Shown here one piece after another: positions 49,368 to 60,189 of a DNA stretch of 64,000 nucleotides. Each line of letters begins with the position of its first letter. Positions within the stretch are counted from its first letter, which is position 1. Under the pieces are notes generated by a model. The model was not told where the DNA came from. It did no database searches and was given only the letters and a program-made list of their open reading frames with translations. This DNA comes from Eledone cirrhosa (taxonomy: Eukaryota), in assembly GCA_964016885.1 (NCBI GenBank), contig OZ024742.1:370016001-370080000 (forward strand). Direction: 5' to 3'. A program made the translations under genes and the position numbers.

Positions 49368-52300
49368 ATGAAAAGAACAACATACACAAAAGTCAACGCA
49401 CTCTACAGGCAGAAACGCATTAACGGTAAGGAAATCCGAAATCTCATCACAGCAAACGAGAGAGATGAACTCATGAGCGTCATCCGACACGAAACGAAAT
49501 ACGCTCGAAACGAATGCTATAAGCATTTCAAGAAGAAATTAGAATGGATGAACAAGAAAAAACTACAAGAAAGGAAAATCGAATATTCTCAAAAATACCC
49601 AGATAACATCGACAATATCTGTATGACTGATGTAAAACTACCGGAAGAATTTACCAATGACCACACAGTAAATATCTATGGGAACACTTTAATCAATGAA
49701 CAAGAACAACAAATCCTACGGTTACCACCAAAATTTGCCATCTACAAAAAGATTAACCCTATGGAATGCAAAACGAAGCTGGAAAAGTGTTTCACAAAAA
49801 TACGTTGGAATGCAAAGGTAAACAACAACAACAACAACAACAATAATAACGGTAGTAGTAATATAAACAATAACTCTGGGTATAGAAATAACAGCCATAA
49901 CTATAACAATAGCAGGAGAGTGAGAAATAGTGATAATGGTAATAATACTAACGATAGACAGAACAACAACAACCACAATAATAATAATAATAGAAACGTT
50001 AACCACAGACACAGCAACAGTGACCACAGTAGTAATAACGGTAACAATACGAACAACAACAACAATAACCACAGTGGTAATAATGGAAATAGTACATGTA
50101 GCAACATTAATGATAGACACAACAAAAACAAGAAACATAATAAAAGTAACAACCACAATGGTAGAAATAACAGTAACAACAACAACAATAACGGTGAAGT
50201 AAACAACAAAACATCTAGCAATCATAACAATAATAATAAGGCTAATGATAAAAACAACAACAACCACCCTGATAACAATAATAGCAACACACACAACTAT
50301 GACGATAGATATAATGACAACCCCTTAGAGAAACTATTTTTCAACCCAGCTGACAAAACATATAAGATGGGTAATATCTATCCTACGAGGTTACCCTTTA
50401 ATAAAAGAGTTTGCATACCACAGCAAATAGATGACGAGACAGAGGCACAGTTCACCATAGCTAGAAATAAGATTAGACAAATAGTAGACAGGTATACTAA
50501 GAGACAGAGCAGACCAGAGGCCCAACAACTTGGGAGGAAACCTGTAGAAGGCTTGGTTAGCCTCAAGCAGCGCACAAGGGATGGTGAGGTAGTGTGTCTA
50601 CCCACAGATAAGTCTGGTAGGATGTCAATAGATAGCATGCCGAACTACATCGAGGCTATGCAACCCCACATCACCAACACGAGCAAAGTTGCACAACAAA
50701 CACACGATAGGAGAGAAAAAATCCTCAACGCTCACATGATGATGTGGACTGACATCCTAAAGCCAAGCAGACGCACTGCCAACAACTTCCAGGCGTCTAA
50801 CAATGGCATACCACCCTTGTATGGGCTCCGCAAAGACCACAAGACAGTCGACGACCCGACAACAGGACCACCAACAAGACCCGTATGCGGAGCTAATATA
50901 GCTAGCAACTACAGGATCTCCTACTTCCTCTCAATGGTTATACACCCCATAATCAAGATGTCCCCAGATGTATGTGAAAGTACAGAAGACCTCCTCAGCA
51001 GAATCAGTGAGTGCAACAAAAACAGGAGCCTATCCAACTGCATAATAGGCAGCATGGATGTGGTGTCACTGTACCCATCCATTAACATTGATTTTGCTGT
51101 GAAAAGATGTGTGGAGATGATCATTGAGAGTGAGGTGGAGTTCTGCGACGTCGACACAGACGAACTGGGCCTCCTACTTAGACTTACCTACGACACTGAC
51201 TACCTAGACAGCCATGACTTAGATGTTTCTGCCCTAGTAGACCTATAAGAGGTAGACCCCCCCACCATAACCTCAATGACAAAAAAGACTCCCATGGGAA
51301 GGTGGATTGGGTGGACCAAAGCTATACGGACCCCCCAAAACACTGATCAGGTAAGAAAAATGGTCACACATGCAATAGGGGCTAGTATCAAAACTACCCT
51401 AAAGGGCCACATATTTAAGTTCAATGAGAAAATCTACACCCAAAATGAGGGAGCAGCCATCGGCGTCAGCATAGCTGGTGATGTTGCCAACCTTTTCATG
51501 GTATGGTGGGAAAGGAGACTTAAAGATCTCCTTAATGAAAGCTCCATAGACCTCATCATGTACTCTCGTTATGTAGACGATATCAATATAGTTATAAGAA
51601 CACCCCCAGTAGAGAGCACTAACAAGTTTGATTTAGAACGTAGCACGATGGAAAGCATCCAGCAGATAGCTAATTCCATACACCAGGGTATAACTGTAAC
51701 TATCGACTTCCCTTCCAAACACCCTAACAATAGACTACCTGTATTAGACACAGAACTCTGGATTAACACTATAGACGAGAGAGCCCAAATTCTCCACTCA
51801 CACTATGCTAAACCCATGGCCTCCAAATACCTGATACTCAAAAACTCAGCAATGTCCAGTAGTGCTAAGTTTAATATTCTGATCGCAGATTTGGTACGAG
51901 TGATGAAGAATGTGTCCAGAATGTGCGACCCAACAGAAATGGAAAGACACATCCAACACTTCATCAACCGCATGCAGTTCTCTGGCTACAACCAAAGAGA
52001 CAGAGTCAGAGTATACGAAGGAGCCATGGAAAAGTATAAGACCCTCATAGAACTGGACATGAAAGGAATTTGCCCATTATACAGGAGCAAATCATGGAAT
52101 AGCTTAGATAGGGCTAGACATAAGATAGGGAAGGCCACATCATGGTACGACAACCAGATATATCAGAGTGTCATGTTTGTGGACGCCACCCCTGGAGGGA
52201 AATTAGCTAACCAGTGTAGAAAGGCCCTGAGAAAGACCCACTTAAAAATAAAGGTGGTAGAAAAGCCAGGAACCACCATAAAATCCCTGATCAGCAAAAC

Positions 52301-52724
52301 CTACCCTTTTAAGAAAACCCACTGTACCAATAGGAAATGTATCATATGTAAGGTGAACCCCCGGATAAACTGTAAAACTAGAAACGTAGTCTATAGCATA
52401 AGATGTACAGAGGGTACTTGCAGAAACATGACAACAACATACATAGGTGAGACAGCTCGTAGCATAGGTGAAAGGATAGACCAACACTGGGGGGAACTAA
52501 AAGGACGAAAAAACGGGTCAGTACTATACGAACATGCTAGACAACAACATGACGGTAACATAGACAACATAGAAATTAGAATAATATCTAAACATAGGAA
52601 TGACCCAGCAAATAGGCAAATCAGAGAGGCCAGTGAAATAGAAATTAGAAGACCAAAGCTAAACAGAAAGAATGAGTGGAACAACAACACCCAAACAAAC
52701 AACACTGACCTAAGAGAAGTATAA
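49368..52724 (+). pseudogene. PLE polyprotein with an Asn-rich insert, RT and GIY-YIG; one frameshift near 51220; N-terminus truncated
   Basis: LPPKFA, PTDKSG, YGLRKDHK..RPVC, SMDVVSLYPSI, CP.R...GRPP, GAAIGV..ANLFM.WW, RYVDD, LPVLD, CTNRKCIIC and YIGETARS. Confidence 0.9.
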
Positions 52725-52996
52725 ATAAGTAAATAAATAAAATAAAATAAAATAAGATAAATAAATACATACACAAGCACAATAACAACAAGCACATAAA
52801 CACACACTAGTCACCCAGCAGACACAACACTATACACACTAGTCACACAGCACACATAACACTATACACACACGCAAATGCATGCGCAAAGAAGACAAAA
52901 TAAAATAAACAAACAAGCAAATAAATAAATAAATATATAGACAGACTGAATAAAAAATGGCGTAGACATACAACACAACAGGAGGAAAAAATATAA

Positions 52997-53038
52997 CACC
53001 ACTGACGATGTTGCAGATGTGCAACGAAAGATTTATGT
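52997..53038 (+). ncRNA. Minimal hammerhead motif in the PLE pLTR; antisense copy at about 48801-48842
   Basis: CA-CTGACGA-T-GTTGCA-GATG-TGCAAC-GAAA-GATT-TA-TG. Same layout as 38127-38171, but helix I is weak. Confidence 0.6.
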
Positions 53039-53493
53039 AAATTATGTAAACTATATATATGTGTTTGTGTCTATATTGTATCTGTATCATTTTTGACCGT
53101 CGGTCAGTCAATGGCAACATTGAGGACCGAGTAAGTTAGATCGCAGATATAAAAGACAGTGAGAAGCGAAAACCAACCAAACAGTGAGTGTGTTCTGTTA
53201 TTAATTCTGGCAATATTACACAAATATGACCCTCCCCAAGTATAACAATATCTGTTTCGACACACGATTTCATATAAAAAAACCTCGCTATATATATATA
53301 TATAATACATACATATATATATATAGATATATAATACATACACACACACATATATATATATATAGATATATAATACATACACACACACATATATATATAT
53401 ATAGATATATAATACATACACACACACATATATATATATATAGATATATAATACATACACACACACACATATATATATAGATATATAATACAT

Positions 53494-53573
<80 letters not shown>

Positions 53574-53720
53574 ATACATACACATATATATATATATATA
53601 TAATACATACACATATATATATATATAATACATACACATATATATATATATATATATAATACATACACATATATATATATATAATACATACACACACATA
53701 TATATATAAATATAATACAT

Positions 53721-53760
<40 letters not shown>

Positions 53761-54751
53761 CATACATATATATATATATATATATTTCCAGGTACCTTAT
53801 GAATTTGACTTTCCGTATTTATTACTGTTGTGAAATATTGTGGCTTTTTTTGGTTGTAACTTCTGTTTTTTAGCCTAAGAAAATATATATATATGCCTAC
53901 GTATATAATTACATGCATATACTTATTTATTTTCTTTTATTAATTGAGTTCTTTACACAAGGAATTAATATTGGTTTTGAAATAACTAATTAACCCGCAT
54001 GTGTTTTATATTTTACTCCTAATTCGGCCGGAGAATTATATTCCCATTTGCCCTTTAAGGCATAACTTTCTGTATTTACTGCGGTTATGAGAAGCGGTTC
54101 TTATTCGGGTACAACTTCTGATTTAGCCTAAGAAAATATCTATATGCGTGTGCAATTTATACAAGCATATATTTATTTTTTTATTTTCAATTGAGTTCTT
54201 AACACGTTGGATTGATAATGTTTTCAAAAAAACTAATTAACCCGCGTGTATATTATTTTTTTTCCTCATTTCGTGGATCGTGGGTTGTCTCCCCTTCCCG
54301 CTTCGTGTTGCTATGATACTTCCTCAGCCCAAAACTGCTGGAATTTCAAATTTGGCGGTCATTCGAGGCGAGAGAGAGTAACTTTACGGACACGATTTTT
54401 GACAGCGGTAAGAAATTATTTTCTTATATCAAAGTTTAACGGGCTTCCACTGATGATTTATAAGTGCCCACCTAAATATATTCTTACATGAATATATATT
54501 AGGCTTCTACATAAACTGGAAACATTCTCCCAACTTGTATAAAACTTATAATGAAACAATTGTTTGGAAAGAGATATACTTTAACTTTAATTATATCTCA
54601 TAAAATAATACAACTGGTTTTTCCACATTATACATATTGTTCGCACCCCAAACACTAAAATTGGGTTTATATTTAAATATAACCTAATGTTTGTTGAGTG
54701 AGATGGTTACCAGTCAGAGTTTAGTTTTAAACTATCTCTGTTATTGTATTA

Positions 54752-54790
<39 letters not shown>

Positions 54791-55088
54791 CATATATATA
54801 TATATATAATACATATATATATATATATATATATAATACATATATATATAATACATATATATAATACATATATATATAATACATATATATATATATATAT
54901 ATAATACATATATATATATATATATATATAATACATATATATATATATATATATAATACATATATATATATATATATATATAATACATATATATATATAT
55001 ATATATATAATACATATATATATATATATATATATAATACATATATATATATATATATATATAATACATATATATATATATATATATA

Positions 55089-55150
<62 letters not shown>

Positions 55151-55162
55151 CATACATATATA

Positions 55163-55444
<282 letters not shown>

Positions 55445-55459
55445 ATATATATATATATA

Positions 55460-55497
<38 letters not shown>

Positions 55498-55533
55498 CAT
55501 ACATATATATATAATACATACATATATATATAT

Positions 55534-56069
55534 ATCATCATCATCAACGTATAACGTCCGTGTTCCACGCTTGCATGGGTTTGGACGGGGGTTTTCCCAC
55601 TTGAGGCAAGAGTGATTATCTTGCTCGCATAGGACTGTCTGGCAGGTTTTCTACAGTTGGATGCCCTTCCTAACACCAACCACATTTACAGTGTGGGGTT
55701 GGGAGGTTTTTACCGTGTTGCCTACACGGCCACATTACACCGTGGACTGTCTGGCGGGTTTTCTACAGCTGGATGCCCTTCCTAACACCAACCACATTTA
55801 CAGTGTGGGGCTGGGAGGTTTTTACCGTGCTGCCTACACGGCCACATTTACAGCGTGGACTGTGTGTTTTTTTGACGTGACACCTACACGATCTCATTTG
55901 TTTCGGCCTGGATGTTGTGGCACCAACATAACTTTACATTGAAAGGGGCGGTGTGGATGGGGTGGGGTTGGTGGGACGGGGGTGTATTTTGTTAGAGATG
56001 CCTACTGACTGTAGTAGGTTTTACTTTGTATTTAGGTAAGGCGGGTCTTCTCTATTACTGAGTACCGCC
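55534..56069 (-). mobile_element. RTE family B 3' end (2 copies of the 112-bp unit)
   Basis: (CAT)n tail, 3'UTR and last codons YSVIEKTRLT. Confidence 0.9.
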
Positions 56070-56120
56070 GAAATAAATGAGGTTGTGTAGGTGTCACGAC
56101 AAAAAAACACACAGTCCACG

Positions 56121-56411
56121 GGGGGGGGGGGGCATATTGTCTATATGCTTCAGCTTGTACCCATGGGAGGTCGGGTACTCTGTATTACTGCGTGACGCCA
56201 GAGACCACGGTCGTGTGTCATCGCCTTTGAGAGGTGTAATTGGGTAAGGTCAGCTTTTATCACCTCATCCCAGGTCATCTTGGGTCTCCCCACTCCGCGG
56301 TTTACATTGACTTCTAGTGCTCTGCACCTTTTTATGCAGCTGTCATCCTTCATACGCATCACATGTCCATACCAACGCAACCGCCTCTCCTGCACACAGC
56401 ATTTGATTCCT
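56121..56411 (-). mobile_element. RTE family A C-terminal fragment lacking most of its 3'UTR
   Basis: QERRLRWYGHV...QSTRPPMGTS*. Confidence 0.88.
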
Positions 56412-56512
56412 ATATATATATTATATATATATATTATATTATATATATATATTATATATATATATTATATTATATATATATATTATATATATATTATATA
56501 TATATATTATAT

Positions 56513-58504
56513 ATCATCATCATCATCATCATCATCATCGTTTAACGTCCGTGTTCCACGCTTGCATGGGTTTGGACGGGGGTTTTCCCACTTGAGGCAA
56601 GAGTGATTGTCTTGCTCGCATAGGACTGTCTGGCAGGTTTTCTACAGTTGGATGCCCTTCCTAACACCAACCACATTTACAGTGTGGGTCTGGGAGGTTT
56701 TTACCGTGTTGCCTACACGGCCACATTACAGCGTGGACTGTGTGTTTTTTTGTCGTGACACCTACACGATCTCATTTGTTTCGGCCTGGATGGTGTGGCA
56801 CCAACATAACTTTACATAGAGGGGGCGGTGTGGATGGGGTGGGGGTGGTGGGACGGGGGTGTATTTTGTTAGAGATGCCTACTGACTGTAGTAGGTTTTA
56901 CTTTGTATTTAGGTAAGGCGGGTCTTCTCTATTACTGAGTACCGCCAAAGGTCTCGGTCCAGTGACATTGTCTTGGTGAGGTGTAAGTGTGTGAGGTCGG
57001 AGTTTATCAGCTCGTCCCAGGTTTTTCTGGGTCTGCCTATTCCGTGGCTACCGTCTATCTTTATTGCCCTGCACTTTGTTATACAGCTATCGTCCTTCAT
57101 GCGCATCACGTGACCATACCAACGTAGCCTTCTCTCTAGTAAACAACATCTGATCCCTCTTATTTCTAATTTTTTCCTTAGTTCGTTTATGCTTTGTCGT
57201 TCACGTATATTACTATTACACATCCAGCGGAGCATGCAAGCTTCGTTTCTCTCTAGTCTGCGTATATCCTCTGCACACAATGCCCAGGTCTCACTGCCAT
57301 GCAACATTGCTGTTCGTATGCAGGCATCGTACAACCTGCCTTTCATTTTTAGGGAGAACCCTTCAGCGGCTAATAGTGGTATAAGCTCTCTGAACTTTTT
57401 CCACCCAGTTCTGACTCTAGCTACTGTACTTTCAGAGCACCCTCCCCCACTGCTGATTTTGTCACCCAGGTAACGGAAGCTGTCCACTATTTCTATAGAA
57501 CCCTCTGCGCAGTTGAAAGAGCTAGTATTTTGTGGGCACTTGCTGCTACATATTGCCCCAGAACACCGGCCACATGTAAAATCTATGTTCTTAGTTAGCT
57601 TACCTGTGATCCCACTACATCTTTTATGAACCCAAACTTTGCATTTGGGACACAAAATGGAATTTCTACCTACGCCTTTCCTACACTCTGCGCATGGCCA
57701 CTTCCCGGAGGGGACCGCCGCCTTATTTTCTTTCTTACAAACTAGAACTTTAGTCTTAGCCAGGTTAATTTTAAGGCCTTTTGATTCTAGCCCATGCTTC
57801 CAAGTTTGGAATTTCTTCTCTAGCTCGGCCATTGATTCAGCTATGAGCGTTAGATCATCTGCGTATAGGAGTTCCCATGGGCAGCCGGTCTTGAACTCCA
57901 CTGTTATAGCCTGGAGGGCAATAATAAATAGCAGGGGGCTAAGAACAGAGCCCTGATGAACACCAGCTTTTACACTAAACTCTTCACTATATTCGTTGTT
58001 AATTCTGACCTTGCTGACTGTTTCTTTATACATGGCTTGTATAGCTCTCACAAGCCATTCGTCAACACCTAGTTTTCTAAGAGCCCACCAGATAATGGAA
58101 CGGGGGACTCTGTCGAACGCTTTCTCCAAGTCGACAAAAGCTAAGTATAGGGGTTTACTTTTAGCTAGGTACTTCTCCTGTAGTTGTCGTACAATGAAAA
58201 GAGCGTCTGTGGTACTTTTTTCTGACACAAACCCGAACTGCATTTCATCTAGATCAATTCGCTCTCTGATTAGTTGCGCTATTACTTTTTCCGTGACCTT
58301 CATGACCTGGTCGATTAATTTAATGCCTCTATAGTTACTCCTATCTAGGGCGTCTCCTTTACCCTTATAACAGTTAACTATAATGCTGCTACGCCAGTCC
58401 TTTGGAACAACCCCATTCTGTATGACTTAGTTGACTATCCGGGTGACCATGGTGTGTCCCACCGTACCAGATGCCTTCAGCATCTAGGCAACTATTTCCG
58501 AAGG
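56513..58504 (-). mobile_element. RTE family B, 5'-truncated (about 2 kb)
   Basis: ORF 56909-58303 with RT and PHD; (CAT)n tail. Confidence 0.93.
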
Positions 58505-58529
58505 TATTTTATATACATACATACATACA

Positions 58530-58565
<36 letters not shown>

Positions 58566-58570
58566 TATAA

Positions 58571-58886
58571 TGGAGGCGCATGGCTTAGTGGTTAGAGCAT
58601 TGGCCTTGCAATCGAAAGGTTGTGAGTTCAATTCTCAGACCGGGTGATGTGTTGTTTCCTTGAGCAAGAGACTTTATTTCACATTGCTCCAGTTTACTCA
58701 GCTGTAGAAATGAGATGATAGGGACTAGGGTCCCTATCATTCCACTGCAAAGTTGTCGTGGAGGTGCCATGGCAAAAGAGCACCCAGCACTCACTGTAAA
58801 TGAGGTTGGTGTTAGGAAGGGCATCCAGCTGTAGAAATCATGCCAGAATCAGTTCCTGTCCCACCCTTGCAAGCAGGGAAAAGCGG
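58571..58886 (+). mobile_element. tRNA/CORE-type SINE with an RTE-derived tail (SINE-2)
   Basis: A-box TGGCTTAGTGG, B-box GTTCAATTCT, CORE-like CCTTGAGCAAG..TTTACTCAGCTGTAGAAATGAG, then RTE 3'UTR sequence. Confidence 0.85.
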
Positions 58887-59225
58887 TAATACAGGGTACC
58901 CGACCTCCCATGGGTACATGCTGAAGCATATAAACAATATGCCCCCCCCCCACCGCAAGGTGGTCGTGGAGGTGCCACGGCAAAAAAGCACCCAGCCCAC
59001 ACTGTAAAGTGGACGTGTAGGCGCCACGAAAAAGCACCCAGCACTCACTGTAAATGAGGTTGGTGTTAGGAAGGGCATCCAGCTGTAGAAATCAAGCCAG
59101 ATCAGTTCCTGTATGAGCAAGGCATGGTCAGCCGACCAGACACTGCCCACAACAGGACAACCCGTCTAACCCATGCTAGCGTGGAAGAACGGACGTAAAA
59201 CGGTGATGATGATGATGATGATGAT
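58887..59225 (+). mobile_element. RTE family A 3' end
   Basis: TAATACAGGGTACCCGACC..TGA, complete 3'UTR and (GAT)n. Confidence 0.9.
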
Positions 59226-59270
59226 ATATATCATACATATTATATATATATATATATATATATATCATAC

Positions 59271-59301
<31 letters not shown>

Positions 59302-59412
59302 CATACATATTATATATATATATATATATATATATCATACATATTATATATATATATATATATATATACATATTATATATATATATATATATATATATCA
59401 TACATATTATAC

Positions 59413-59539
59413 ATAGGAACGAGTAGGACCCCGACAGCTGAGCTCAAGCCGTTTCGACGGCTAATTCTGGACTGAATTAGTCCAGAATTAGCCATCGAAA
59501 CGGCTTGAGCTCAGCTGTCGGGGTTCTACTCATTCCTAT
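59413..59539. repeat. 61-bp-arm foldback hairpin (5-nt loop, 3 mismatches)
   Basis: 59413-59473 is the reverse complement of 59479-59539. Confidence 0.95.
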
Positions 59540-59710
59540 TACCCACTCTACTACCCTAAGTATTGAGTACTTTGGTGCGTTATGGTCCATCTGGTTCCTT
59601 ACCACATTTCCTTCGTTATATATATATATATGTATTATATATATATATATATGTATTATATATATATATATATATAATACATACATATTATATATCTATA
59701 TAATACATAC

Positions 59711-59750
<40 letters not shown>

Positions 59751-59792
59751 GTATGTATTATATAGATATATATATATATAATACATACATAT

Positions 59793-60126
59793 ATCGTCAT
59801 CATTTTACGTCCGCTTTTCCCTGCTTGCAAGGGTGGGACAGGAACTGATTCTGGCTTGATTTCTACAGCTGGATGCCCTTCCTAACACCAACCTCATTTA
59901 CAGTGAGTGCTGGGTGCTTTTTTGCCGTGGCACCTCCACGACCACTTTGCAGTGGAATGATAGAGACCCCAGTCCCTATCATCTCATTTCTACAGCTGAG
60001 TAAACTGGAGCACTGTGAAATAAAGTGTCTTGCTCAAGGAAACAACACATCACCCGGTCTGAGAATTGAACTCACAACCTTTTGATTGCAAGGCCAATGC
60101 TCTAACCACTAAGCCATGTGCCTCCA
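59793..60126 (-). mobile_element. SINE-2, complete copy
   Basis: Reverse complement of 58571-58886, extended to GGACGTAAAATGATGACGAT. Confidence 0.88.
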
Positions 60127-60189
60127 TATATATAAATATTTAACCCCTGCTCCCTCCTATCCCCCCCCCCCCTCTCTATCTATATATAT

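Larger units (their letters stand above)
48595..53287 (+). mobile_element. PLE (tentatively Naiad-like) with an inverted 5' copy of its own 3' end (48595-49352)
   Basis: 48595-49352 is the reverse complement of about 52490-53243. The body encodes RT and GIY-YIG. The 3' pLTR extends into an ATG (MTLPKYNNIC..). Confidence 0.92.

Noticed and set aside
49368-52724. Selenocysteine (UGA) recoding, as reported for some Naiad PLEs
   Set aside because: The conserved Cys positions are ordinary Cys codons. The ORF break is a frameshift ending in TAA, not an in-frame TGA. The same holds for the other PLEs.
58571-58652. tRNA gene with a GCA-like anticodon loop
   Set aside because: No proper acceptor stem, and the sequence continues into CORE and LINE-tail sequence, so it is a SINE head.
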